From Myxococcota bacterium (lineage in GTDB: Bacteria; Myxococcota_A; Polyangia; Nannocystales; Nannocystaceae), in contig JBCCWC010000008.1 of NCBI GenBank assembly GCA_039194325.1, positions 32,001-96,000 of the forward strand: a DNA stretch of 64,000 nucleotides, read 5' to 3'. Made by a program: the position numbers and the translations under genes. The notes below the pieces were generated by a model. That model was not told the DNA's origin and did not search any database. It saw only the letters and a program-made list of their open reading frames with translations. Of this stretch, positions 28,640 to 40,021 are shown piece by piece (within the stretch, counting starts at the first letter, position 1; each line of letters starts with the position of its first letter).

Positions 28640-31318
28640 TCACTCCTTGGCCAACCACGTGCGAACCGCCTCACCATGACGACGGCTGAAGCGAGCGACA
28701 TCATAGAGCAGCGTAGACAGGTCGATACGCGGGCGATGATCGTGAGGGCTGAAGGTCAGCCACTCATCAGCCTGAATCACGAGACCCTTGGTCACCCCAA
28801 GGAGTCGATCACGAACGTCGGCCGCAACGTCGACCTCCTCTCGCAGCATCGACAGCATGAAGACCAACGTACTCCATCGCGGCGGCTCGCCGTCACCTTC
28901 GAGCAACCGCTCGGCAGTGCGGGTCACGAGCCGCCGGTCGTCGGCCTCGCTGCCGAGCATCAGCAGCAGCGTCTCCCACCACGCGGCGTCCTCGTGGCGC
29001 ATCGCGACCAGCTCGGCCACCGCCTCGATGCCCCCCGCGTGAGTCTCCCGGAGTACGGCCCGACCGGCCAAGTATTCCATGATCGACAGATGCACGAACC
29101 CGCAGCGTCCCGGCTGCTGCTCGACGAGCAAGCCGGAGCTCGCCTCTAGCCAGCGGAGCCATCGCTTCGAGCGACCCCGAGCCTCGGTGGGATCGAGCTC
29201 GGGGAACCGCCACTGCACCAGTCTGGTCACCACCCGCTCGAGGTCGCCCCGGTTCACTAGGACATCGGCATCACGGATCCCCCCGCGTCCTATCTGCATC
29301 TGTAGCGCCAAGAGCTCCAAAAGCACCCGCTGCCGATCGGAGTCGATCTCGTCGAACCTCCGCCCGCGCGCCGCGGGCCAGGTGACCAGCATCAACTCCA
29401 CGACCAGCTCGTAGAGCCGGGCGCGGCGACCGGGGAGCTCGGCCTGGTGGTGGTGGACCAGGGCGATGAGGGTGGCCAGCAGCGGATTACGGGCGAGCTG
29501 CCGAGCGCGAGGCTCGGCCCGCAGGGCCTCGATCAGATCGGCTTGCTTGCGCGCCCGCTCGGTCGGGTCGTGCGGCTCGGCGACCGCGTACCAGCGCTGG
29601 ATGAACTGCTCCTGGCGCAGATCGTCGAAGGGCTCGAGCACGAAGGTCTCGAACACCTGGCGGTCGAGGGGCGCGTCGCGGTAGCCCACGACCCGGCTGG
29701 TGGCGATGATCGGGACCGCGGGATAGCTGGCCGCAAAGCCCTGGATCCGGGCACGTAGCCCCTCGCGCGCGTCGGCGGCGGAGACCTCGTCGAGGCCGTC
29801 GAGCAACAGCATGGCGCGACCCTCGTCGCACAGGGCGGCGAGCTGCGCCTCGGTGGCGGGCACCGACAGGACGGTGGCGGCCTGACGGGCGGCCATCGAC
29901 AACAGACCTTCGGTGGACCCCTCGCGCACCCAGTCGCGAACGGTGAGGAGCAATGGAACCGGACCGTCGGGCTCCTCGGCCGCGCGCAGCGCCAGGTACC
30001 GCGCGAGGGTGGACTTGCCGCTGCCCGGATCGCCGAGCACGACGACCCTAGCGGCCGGGCGCTCGGCGCGGCCGGCGGACTGCCAGCGCGGCTGGAGCTG
30101 GTCGAGCGCGTGGAGCGTGTCTTGTGTGGGATTGGCTCCACCGGGACTCCACGCTCGTAGCTCCAGCGGAACGTAGATCTCCCCGAGAGAAGCCTGCGGG
30201 CGCGGAGCGCTGTCGGGCAAGCCCAAAAAGCCCTGCTGGCCATGCACCCGAGCGACGGCGCGACGGAGCCGGTCGGACAGCGAAGCGGAGACGAGCCGCC
30301 CCGAGCTAGAGGAGGCCGCCGAGTTCCCCCGTCGACCCGCGGCCAGCGCCAAACTGACGACCCCATCCTCGCCCTGCCCCCCGTCGAGCCGCCAGCGCCC
30401 CCCGGCCCGCTCGTCCCAGGTGAGGAACACGAGCCGCAGCTGCCCGCCTTGCGGATCCCACGACCCCAGCGAGCATGCGTGCGTCCAGCCCGAGCCGGCA
30501 TACGCAGCGCCCGCCTCGACGGTCACCAGGCCCGTCCCGGGCGCAAACATCTGGCTGGCCTCGGACCGGTGCCGGTGCCCATGCAGCACCAGATCGAAGC
30601 TCCGCCGCAACAGGCCGTCGATCCGCTCCTCCTCGGCCTCGTGTAGCCAGCTCAGCGGGTGATGCAGCAGCGCGATCCGTAGCTGCGGCGCAGCTGCATC
30701 GAGCTCCTGAGCCAGATCGCGCACCTGCACCTCGCCCAGCACGATCCTCCGGTGCTTGCTGTCGTCGTCGGGTCCGCACATCCACGCCGAGCACATCGAA
30801 GCCACGCCCACGCGCACGCCATCGAGCTCGATCACGTCGCTGCGCCAGGGTCGATCGACGGAGACGGCTCGCGCGGGACCCAGCACCCGCTGGGTGTGCT
30901 CGCAAAACCCGTGCAATCGCTCGCCGAACCGGCGCATCAGCCGAGGCGTGGTGCACAGCCGCCCAACCTCGGTCCGAAACTCATCGTCGCCCATCGCGAG
31001 AACCTGCTTTTGGTAGGGCGCGATGAACTCCAGCTCGCTGCGATCGACGTCGTGGTTGCCCGGGACGAGGAACGCCCGCTCTCGCAGCTCCAGGTCCAGC
31101 ACCTCCGCGAGCGCGTCGAAGTACCGCTGGGCCTGCTCATACTCCGGCGACGTCCCCCCCCACGCGATGTCGCCGGTGACCATCAGCACCCGGGGCGAGA
31201 TCCCGACCCGCGGGCTCAGATCCGGCAGATCGCGAAGCAGATCCCGCAAGACGACGTCTCGTTCCCAGTCCTCGCCCCCCGACACGTGGAGATCCGACAG
31301 GTGCAGCCACTCGATCAT
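28640..31318 (-). CDS. Metallophosphoesterase-NACHT NTPase fusion
   Basis: HLSDLH, TGDIA, VPGNHD, LLHHP and LHGHRH; then IYVPLEL, GDPGSGKST, LLLDGLDE, TSR, NPLL and FVHLSIMEYLAG. Confidence 0.9.
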   Translation of the reverse strand: MIEWLHLSDLHVSGGEDWERDVVLRDLLRDLPDLSPRVGISPRVLMVTGDIAWGGTSPEYEQAQRYFDALAEVLDLELRERAFLVPGNHDVDRSELEFIAPYQKQVLAMGDDEFRTEVGRLCTTPRLMRRFGERLHGFCEHTQRVLGPARAVSVDRPWRSDVIELDGVRVGVASMCSAWMCGPDDDSKHRRIVLGEVQVRDLAQELDAAAPQLRIALLHHPLSWLHEAEEERIDGLLRRSFDLVLHGHRHRSEASQMFAPGTGLVTVEAGAAYAGSGWTHACSLGSWDPQGGQLRLVFLTWDERAGGRWRLDGGQGEDGVVSLALAAGRRGNSAASSSSGRLVSASLSDRLRRAVARVHGQQGFLGLPDSAPRPQASLGEIYVPLELRAWSPGGANPTQDTLHALDQLQPRWQSAGRAERPAARVVVLGDPGSGKSTLARYLALRAAEEPDGPVPLLLTVRDWVREGSTEGLLSMAARQAATVLSVPATEAQLAALCDEGRAMLLLDGLDEVSAADAREGLRARIQGFAASYPAVPIIATSRVVGYRDAPLDRQVFETFVLEPFDDLRQEQFIQRWYAVAEPHDPTERARKQADLIEALRAEPRARQLARNPLLATLIALVHHHQAELPGRRARLYELVVELMLVTWPAARGRRFDEIDSDRQRVLLELLALQMQIGRGGIRDADVLVNRGDLERVVTRLVQWRFPELDPTEARGRSKRWLRWLEASSGLLVEQQPGRCGFVHLSIMEYLAGRAVLRETHAGGIEAVAELVAMRHEDAAWWETLLLMLGSEADDRRLVTRTAERLLEGDGEPPRWSTLVFMLSMLREEVDVAADVRDRLLGVTKGLVIQADEWLTFSPHDHRPRIDLSTLLYDVARFSRRHGEAVRTWLAKE

Positions 31319-31649
31319 GCGATGGTCTCGCGCTCGGGTTGCGCCCCGGGGATCCGGCGGCGTCTTGGTGGGTGCATGCGTGCCAGCGCCGGACCTAGCG
31401 GGCCTGCCCGGGCGACCGAGCGGACGACGATCCCGGCCGCGTCGTCCGCAGTGACGCTGTGATAGTCAACGCATGATACCCGCCCCGCGACCGCCACCGC
31501 TCGCCCAACGACCCCTGGTGGCCTCCTGACGCCCGTATACCGGCAAGAACCCGCCGAGCGGCGATCTACGTGCGACGCACCACGACCCAACGGGCGCCCT
31601 CGCCAGCGGCCACGTCACGTCTGGTCGAGGCCGCGACGCTCCGGTATGT

Positions 31650-32066
31650 TTGCTGCCGTTGTCGGATTTCGCCACGACCTTCGCCCGGGCCGAGCGCACG
31701 GCGATCATCAGCATCCTCCGCGCCAAGCCGGACGTCTCGCTCGAAGACCTGCGCATGCTGTGCCATCGCGGTCGCTTCGGTCGGATCCTCGGCACGCTCA
31801 CCCTGCGCGAGTACTGGAGCGGCACGCCCGACGAGACGATCGATCCGGTGACCGGCGCGCCGGACAAGCTCGCCCGACGCCAGCGCTACGACGACGAGGT
31901 GCTCGGCACGATGCGCGAGGCCGGCGAGCCCCTGTCGGCCGACGAGATCGCCGAGCGCGTGGGAGGCACCGCCGCCGATGCCCGCGTGGCTCTGCAGCGA
32001 CTCACCCGAGAGCGCCGGGCCCGGCGCACCCTGGCCGGGCGGGCCAGCAAATACGTCGTCACTTGA
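31650..32066 (+). CDS. Small protein with a C-terminal winged-HTH-like motif
   Basis: LSADEIAERVGGT..ARVALQRL..GRASKY. Confidence 0.6.
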   Translation: MLPLSDFATTFARAERTAIISILRAKPDVSLEDLRMLCHRGRFGRILGTLTLREYWSGTPDETIDPVTGAPDKLARRQRYDDEVLGTMREAGEPLSADEIAERVGGTAADARVALQRLTRERRARRTLAGRASKYVVT

Positions 32067-32406
32067 TCAGGTGGGTCGACAACGCCCATCTGACTCCATT
32101 TCACCGAGTTTCCCAGTGTGCTTGGCCTCACCTCATGTGAGGACAGATCTAGTTGTGCCAGTGAATAGAGGAGATCGCGGAGACGCCGCAGGCCCGACGA
32201 TGGAGTGGTAGCCTGGGCCACCAGGCCGGCTCTATAGCAGATTTCCGGCCTAGAACGCTCATAACTCACCGAATTCGGGTTTGAGACAAAAACGCGACTT
32301 TATCCCTGCCAAACCCCGTCCAGATGCTATAGCAGGCGCTTGTGGGCACCGACCGCGGGGCTTTCACCCTCCTGCGGGCCACTATCCTACGCACAGGGAC
32401 GACCCG

Positions 32407-34194
<1,788 letters not shown>

Positions 34195-34302
34195 AGCCGC
34201 CGCCGTCTCCGCGCTGTCGCCCGGGGCGCTCGACCATTGGCGCTCGACCATTGGCGCCCATACGGCGACGCCCCATGACCGACCGTACCCGAGCCCGACC
34301 CG

Positions 34303-34899
34303 GTGGTGACCGGCGCCGGGCTCGGCGCGTTTCGTGACCCGACGCTCCCCGATGTGTATCGTCGCGGCGTGCGGACGGCACAGCAGCTGAGCGAGGCCCT
34401 GCGTCGACGACCGGCCGCTCCCGCCACCCGGGGCCGGGTGCGCATGGTGGTGGCCCGGCAAAACGACGGCCAGCACGATGTGCTGGAGCGAGGGCGGATC
34501 ACGGTGGAGGAGGGTCTGGTGGGGGATCGCTGGGCCCAGGCGCCCTCGCCTGCGCTCGACCGCCAGATCACGCTGATGGAGCACTGGGTGGCCGAGCTGG
34601 TGGCCGACGGGCAGCCGGTGGATCGGCCGGGCGACAACCTGCTGGTCGATCTGGATCTGAGCGCACGCGCCGCTCCTGCGGGCACGCGCCTGCGGGCGGG
34701 GACTTGCGTGCTCGAGGTGACCGCCAAGCCACATACCGGCTGCAAGAAGTTCCGGGAGCGCTTCGGCCTCGATGCGCTGCGCTGGCTGAGCGTGCCCGAG
34801 CACGCGGATCGACGCCTGCGGGGGATCAACTGCCGCGTGGTCGAGTCGGGCGAGGTGGGCCCGGGGGACGAGATCGTCAACCTCGGGCCGGCGACCTAA
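34303..34899 (+). CDS. MOSC-domain protein
   Basis: GLVGDRW, QITLM, GDNLLVDLDLS, LEVTAKPHTGCKKF..FG, LRGINCRVV..GEV..GD. Confidence 0.85.
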   Translation: MVTGAGLGAFRDPTLPDVYRRGVRTAQQLSEALRRRPAAPATRGRVRMVVARQNDGQHDVLERGRITVEEGLVGDRWAQAPSPALDRQITLMEHWVAELVADGQPVDRPGDNLLVDLDLSARAAPAGTRLRAGTCVLEVTAKPHTGCKKFRERFGLDALRWLSVPEHADRRLRGINCRVVESGEVGPGDEIVNLGPAT

Positions 34900-34989
34900 C
34901 ACGCCGGGTTTGACGTGATGCAATCGACGGTTGCACGCCATGGACTCGACGCGACCCGGCCACGGAACCACGCTGGGGGTCACGTTGCC

Positions 34990-35880
34990 ATGTCGCCCCT
35001 GCTGCGCTTGATGCACTCACTCGATCGCTGCGGGCTTGGCCGGCTCGTTGGGCTCGCAGCGCTCGCCCTGCTGGTGGGTGGGCCCGCAATAGCGCAGGCC
35101 AACCCGGTCAACGCCGAGAAGCTGCTGACCGATCCCGAGGAGGGAGGGTGGAGCGGCTCGCTGAGCACAAACTTTGCGCTCTCGGTCGGCAACGTCGACC
35201 GGCTGAGCCTGGGATTCAGCGGCGGGCTCCAGTACTGGACGCTCTACCCCGAGGGCGTGGGATACCGCGACCGGCCCGCGCCGAGCGGAGCGCGCCGCTT
35301 CTTTCGGGATCGCTGGGTGCTGATCACCAACGCCGCCTTCATCCGGGTGGGGGACAACGATGTGGTCAACAATGGCTTTGCCCACACCCGCTATACCCGC
35401 ATGTGGCGACCGCGGGTGGGCTCGGACTTCTTCGCGCAGTCCCAGTACAACGAGTTCAAGCTGCTGCAGCAGCGCTCGCTGGGCGGGCTGGGGATCCGGG
35501 TCGATCCGATCAACCAGCGCGCGGCACAGGTGTGGGCCGGCACGGGGTACATGGCCGAGTACGAGCGCAACAACATCGATCCGGCGATCGATCCTCACCC
35601 GGCGCGAGTGGTCAACCACCGCTGGACCAGCTATGCGGTGCTACAGCTGCGCCTTTGGGACTCGGCCTTCGTGGCGCGCAACACCACCTACTTCCAGCCG
35701 CGCTTCGACGATTTTGCGGACTTTCGCCTGCTCGAGGCGCTCCAGATGGAGACGCGCGCAGGGGTGGTCGCCCTGGGCGTGGAGGTGGAGCTGCAGTACG
35801 ACAACGACCCTCCTGTGGTCAGCGGGGTGGTGCCGCTGGATGTGTTCGTGATCAACTACCTGCGGATCGGAGGCGGCTGA
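34990..35880 (+). CDS. DUF481-like outer-membrane beta-barrel protein
   Basis: Signal peptide, GN.D motif, amphipathic strands, YFQPRFDDFADFR, YDNDP. Start uncertain. Confidence 0.7.
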   Translation: MSPLLRLMHSLDRCGLGRLVGLAALALLVGGPAIAQANPVNAEKLLTDPEEGGWSGSLSTNFALSVGNVDRLSLGFSGGLQYWTLYPEGVGYRDRPAPSGARRFFRDRWVLITNAAFIRVGDNDVVNNGFAHTRYTRMWRPRVGSDFFAQSQYNEFKLLQQRSLGGLGIRVDPINQRAAQVWAGTGYMAEYERNNIDPAIDPHPARVVNHRWTSYAVLQLRLWDSAFVARNTTYFQPRFDDFADFRLLEALQMETRAGVVALGVEVELQYDNDPPVVSGVVPLDVFVINYLRIGGG

Positions 35881-35886
35881 GCTATC

Positions 35887-35946
35887 TATCTATGCCGAGG
35901 CCGGCTGGGAATGCGCGACTTCGTCGCGCCCGGCCTCGGTCTTGCG
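35887..35946 (+). repeat. ~60-bp nested-hairpin dispersed repeat (REP-like), copy 1
   Basis: TATGCCGAGGCCGG..GCGCGAC-TTC-GTCGCGC-CCGGCCTCGGTCTTG; near-identical reverse-complement copies at 39901-40020. Confidence 0.85.
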
Positions 35947-36018
35947 CATGGGGCATCCAGAAAAGAGCAAAAACCGGGGTTTTCTCGGGAGCGCCGCGCA
36001 GGGGCTGAGCGCTCGGGC

Positions 36019-36603
36019 TCAGAGCCCGAAGCGGTTCCTGAGCACCTGCGACAGATCGTGGAACTGCATGGGGCGGTCTTCGTTGGCCTCCAGGGCGATC
36101 CCGCGGTCGCCGGTGGGGGTGCACCAGTCGAGGGTGACGAAGACGCGCGACTGGCTGGGGTTGGCGGCCTGCCAGGCCACCTTCGCTCGGGAGGGCCGCG
36201 TGCTGACCCCGTCGGCGCTGGGCATGACCGCGTCGTAGCTGGCGATGGCCAGGTCGATCGACATCACGGCCACCTGCGGAATTCCGGTCGCCACCTTGGC
36301 CACCGCACCCATCGGCCCCACGAGGCCCATGAAGACCTCCTTGGCATAGAGCTCGCTGGCCTTGGGCGCCTCTTCGTGCACGGTGACCGTTACGTGGCCG
36401 CCCGAGCCGGCGACGACCTCGATGTGGGGGCGCTTCTCCAGGTGGCGCCGGATCGCAGCCGGATAGCCGTGAAAGACGAAGGGCTTGCCGGTGGGGGTCA
36501 GTGCGATCCGCCCCCGAGGGTAGAGCAATGCGGTGGTGTCGTTGATGAGATAGCCCGCTCCCAGCCAGTCGACCCAGCCCTTTTCGATCGTCGTCATTCC
36601 CAT
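36019..36603 (-). CDS. Hypothetical protein
   Basis: 194-aa ORF with normal composition filling the gap; no family recognised. Confidence 0.6.
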   Translation of the reverse strand: MGMTTIEKGWVDWLGAGYLINDTTALLYPRGRIALTPTGKPFVFHGYPAAIRRHLEKRPHIEVVAGSGGHVTVTVHEEAPKASELYAKEVFMGLVGPMGAVAKVATGIPQVAVMSIDLAIASYDAVMPSADGVSTRPSRAKVAWQAANPSQSRVFVTLDWCTPTGDRGIALEANEDRPMQFHDLSQVLRNRFGL

Positions 36604-36788
36604 GGATTCATTCTCTTCGGCAACTCAAGCTAGCACTGAGAATTGACGCGACCATCGGCCAAGCTGCCGTTTTATCGACCGATCATCTCGGTCGATCGAC
36701 CGAACGAGGTGGTGCTCGTGCCCCCCATAGACCGACGGGGCCAGCATTGATCCGAGTCAACCCCCTCGGCCGGGCCGCTCGGCCGGGC

Positions 36789-37643
36789 CTACTCGCCGTT
36801 GACGGTGAGCCACAGCCGCTGGCTATGGCCGTGGCGCGGCTCGACCCGGTGCAGCCGAAGCTTGGCCCCCTGCTCGATCTCGTCTTGCAAAGCCCGGATC
36901 GCCCCGGGGTCGTCGGAGTCGATGTAGCGATCGCCCCCCCCGGTGGGCCGTCGCCAGCCGGGTCGCAGCGGAGCCGACACGCGCTCGTCGGTCATGTCGA
37001 TGCGGTAGGTGAAGGTCTCCACGTGGGTGTGGGCCGGAGTGTAGGCGTTGAGCAGGTGCATCTCGCCCAGCGCCAGGTGCAGGTTGATGCTAGTGCTCGA
37101 CCACTGGGTGGCGCCGTACTGCTTGACGACCCGGGCCATCTTGACCGCGTAGCTCTTGGTGATCGTGCCCAACCCCGAGAGCGGCTCGGTTCGCGCCACG
37201 TAATTCGAAGAGCTGAGGTTGTGACCGAACCAAGCCCCTTCTTCGGCGCAGCGAATGGCCACCCACATGGACAAGGGGACGAACACGTCGTTGTAGGTGG
37301 GGCCGATCACGTCGTAGGCCCGGCGCAGCTCGTCGCCGAGCAGCGACGCCTTGCGGCCAAAGCCGAACACGATGCCCGGGAACTCCCCGCAATCGAAGAG
37401 CACCCAGCGGGGCATCAGCATCTCCTGGCCGCCGAAGGAGAAGGCGTCGAGGTGGTGCAGGCCGTCGATCACCTCGCGGCTGCGCAGGGTGGTGGGGTCG
37501 TAAAGCCGCTCTTGCGGCAGCTCGAGCCCGAAGGGGCGCAGGTCGAGCGCCCCGAGGTTGGCCGGGTAGGTGACCAGGTAGGGCTCGCAGGACTCGAGGA
37601 TCCGCTGGTACTTGGGAGCGAGCTCGTCTTTGCTCAGCTCCAC
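36789..37643 (-). CDS. Hypothetical protein translationally coupled to argF
   Basis: GTG start overlaps the argF 3' end; globular 284-aa sequence; no family recognised. Confidence 0.7.
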   Translation of the reverse strand: MELSKDELAPKYQRILESCEPYLVTYPANLGALDLRPFGLELPQERLYDPTTLRSREVIDGLHHLDAFSFGGQEMLMPRWVLFDCGEFPGIVFGFGRKASLLGDELRRAYDVIGPTYNDVFVPLSMWVAIRCAEEGAWFGHNLSSSNYVARTEPLSGLGTITKSYAVKMARVVKQYGATQWSSTSINLHLALGEMHLLNAYTPAHTHVETFTYRIDMTDERVSAPLRPGWRRPTGGGDRYIDSDDPGAIRALQDEIEQGAKLRLHRVEPRHGHSQRLWLTVNGE

Positions 37644-38575
37644 GACGCGCCCCCCATCAGCAGCAACATCAGGGCTTTTTGCGCGTGCAGGCGGTTCTCG
37701 GCCTCGTCGAAGACGACCGAGCGCGGGCCGTCCATGACCTCGGCGGTGACCTCGTCCCCGCGGTGGGCGGGCAGGCAGTGCATGAAGATCGCGCCGTCCT
37801 TGCCGGTGGCCTTCATGACGTCCTCGGTGATCGTGTAGCCGGCCAGGGTCTTCATCAGGGCCTTGGCCTCCTCCTCCTCGCCCATGCTGACCCAGGTGTC
37901 GGTGTAGAGCACGTCGGCGCCCTTGACGGCCTCGAGCAGGTTGGTCTCGACGGCCACCCGGGTACCCGCATCGCTGGCGGCAGCGCGCGCCCGGTCGAGC
38001 ACGGTGGCATTGGGTCGCAGGGAGTCCGGGCACGCGACCACCACTTCCATGCCGGTGCGCGGGCCCAGCAACATCAGCGAGTGGGCCACGTTGTTGCCGG
38101 CCCCCACATAGACGAGCTTCTTGCCCTGGGTGCTACCGAGGTGCTCACGGATCGTCAGCGCGTCGGCCAACGCCTGGCAGGGGTGGTAGAGATCGGTCAG
38201 CGCGTTGACCACGGGGATCGAGCCGTGCTCCGCGAGGCCGTCGACTTGGTCTTGCCCGAAGGTACGAATGACGATCGCGTGGACGAAGCGCGAGAGCACC
38301 TTGGCGGTGTCGGCCACCGTCTCGCCACGCCCCATCTGCATGCCAGTGCCGCCCGAGGTGCTCAGCACCACCGGCTGCGCTCCCAGCTGGTGCAGGCCCA
38401 CCTCGAAGGAGATCCGGGTACGGGTGGATTGCTTGGCGAAGATCATCGCCACCGACTTGCCCGCCAGCGCGCTGGCATGGCCACCGGGGTTCGCCTTGAC
38501 CTCGGCCGCGAGGTCGACGATCCGAGCGGTCTCGGCGGGGGAAAGATCCAGCAGGCTACGTAGGTGTCTGGTCAT
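37634..38575 (-). CDS. argF: Ornithine carbamoyltransferase
   Basis: STRTRISFE, GETVADTAKVLSR, HPCQALAD, GNNV, YTDTWVSMGEE, FMHCLPAHRG, EAENRLHAQKA. Confidence 0.95.
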   Translation of the reverse strand: MTRHLRSLLDLSPAETARIVDLAAEVKANPGGHASALAGKSVAMIFAKQSTRTRISFEVGLHQLGAQPVVLSTSGGTGMQMGRGETVADTAKVLSRFVHAIVIRTFGQDQVDGLAEHGSIPVVNALTDLYHPCQALADALTIREHLGSTQGKKLVYVGAGNNVAHSLMLLGPRTGMEVVVACPDSLRPNATVLDRARAAASDAGTRVAVETNLLEAVKGADVLYTDTWVSMGEEEEAKALMKTLAGYTITEDVMKATGKDGAIFMHCLPAHRGDEVTAEVMDGPRSVVFDEAENRLHAQKALMLLLMGGASWS

Positions 38576-38652
38576 CGCGATCTACGAAATACCGGATCCT
38601 CGCCACCGTGGAGCAACGGATGGGCGTCGGGAAACACACGGGGCGAGCCCGC

Positions 38653-38743
38653 GCGATGATCGAGCGATGATCGAGCGATGATCGAGTGATGCTCGAACGA
38701 CGATCGAGTGATGTTCGAGCGATGATCGAGCGATGATCGAGCG
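38653..38743. repeat. 11-bp tandem repeat (GCGATGATCGA, 8 copies) upstream of argF
   Basis: Read directly; the central copies are degenerate. Confidence 0.92.
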
Positions 38744-38837
38744 CCCCGGTCTAGCCACGGTGCAAAGCGCTCACAACGCGCCTGCCCGGTCCATCTTGGG
38801 TCGCGGACAGTGCTGACGCGGCCGTGCCCGGGCAGGA

Positions 38838-39734
38838 TCAGTACCCTGCGGAGGGTGGCACGGGGCGGCCGCTCGGGACTGCACCCGCGGCCGGCGGGTC
38901 CGGATCCTCGACCGAGGTGGTCGACTGGGGTGCTGGGGGCTCAGCTGAACCGGAAGGTCGCAGAGCATCCTGCTCGGAGGGCAGAGCCACTGGCCCAGTT
39001 GCGCCCGTGGAGGGCCCGACCGATGGAGCGACCGGCGGAGCACTAGGGGCGGAGGGCTCGAGCTCGAGCGGCTCCGGGGTCTCGAACAACGAGAGAACAT
39101 CAACCTCGGGCAGGGGCCTGGGCTCGATGTGCGGCAGCGCGGCCTGGGCTGGTTCGATCGGCGCCGGGTCGTCGAACATCGGTGCTGGCAGCCGGAGCCG
39201 ATGCTCGTGCTCGACCGATGCACCGGATGGTCGCTCGAACGGCGCCCGCGTAGGGCTGGATCGAGCAAGTGACCGGCTCGTCCGCGGCGAACGTGCGGTC
39301 GTCGGGGCGGGTGTGGCCTGCTCGGGCTTCTCGCTCGTCTCGGGACGGATCGACGGACCGGGCAACGGCGTGTGCTCCGGCAGCACCACCGTGGCCAGCG
39401 CCGGGTGCGGCGGGACGACGGGAGCAACCTCGGTCGGGGCGCCGATCGGCGTGGACTCGCGTGGGTCGTCGGCGAACACCTCGACGCCCATCAACGGCTC
39501 GGTCGGCTCGTGGGTCGAGGGCTCGGAGCCATCGCCGCGCAGCAGCGTGATCATCCCGGCCAGCGAAAGGGACGAGACCACGATCACCGCCACCAGCAGG
39601 CCCGGGCCCCGTGATCGCTGTGGGCCGACCACCGCGGGTCGCTCGGCCCACAGGTCGAGCTCGCGGTCGAGCCCGCGATGCAGGTCGGCCTGCGCGGCTT
39701 CGTCGTATGCGCGGGCGTCATCGAGTCGGGTCAT
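38838..39734 (-). CDS. Single-pass Pro-rich membrane protein
   Basis: TM LLVAVIVVSSLSLAGMITLL followed by a Pro/Glu-rich region. Confidence 0.55.
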   Translation of the reverse strand: MTRLDDARAYDEAAQADLHRGLDRELDLWAERPAVVGPQRSRGPGLLVAVIVVSSLSLAGMITLLRGDGSEPSTHEPTEPLMGVEVFADDPRESTPIGAPTEVAPVVPPHPALATVVLPEHTPLPGPSIRPETSEKPEQATPAPTTARSPRTSRSLARSSPTRAPFERPSGASVEHEHRLRLPAPMFDDPAPIEPAQAALPHIEPRPLPEVDVLSLFETPEPLELEPSAPSAPPVAPSVGPSTGATGPVALPSEQDALRPSGSAEPPAPQSTTSVEDPDPPAAGAVPSGRPVPPSAGY

Positions 39735-39900
39735 GGGCGCTCTCCATGGGCGGGGGCCGAGCGCAGCGGCCGGGCCTCGCTCCCTGGCGAGCTGCCCGAT
39801 CCGAAGCGTGCACCCTCGTCCCCTGTGTACGATCACCTACGCCATCGACCCAAGAAAGACACCAATGCTCGGGACGTCCGTCCCTCCAGGGTCCCGCTTA

Positions 39901-40020
39901 CGCAAGACCGAGGGCGGGCGCGACACCGTCGCGCTTCCCCTCCCGGCCTCGGCATACATAACAAGACCGAGGCCGGGCGCGACGAAGTCGCGCATTCCCT
40001 CCCGGCCTCGGCATACATAC
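39901..40020 (-). repeat. Two tandem copies of the ~60-bp nested-hairpin element
   Basis: 39901-39960 and 39961-40020; same orientation relative to the upstream gene as copy 1. Confidence 0.88.
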
Positions 40021-40021
40021 T

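Noticed and set aside
34275..34303. Possible frameshift linking ATG 34275 to the MOSC ORF
   Set aside because: The in-frame GTG at 34303 gives a complete domain, and no conserved motif is stranded in the other frame.
39901..40020. Tandem 60-bp repeats as a mini-CRISPR or integron attC sites
   Set aside because: No spacers, no cas or integrase gene, and no clear RYYYAAC/GTTRRRY ends; treated as a REP-like element.
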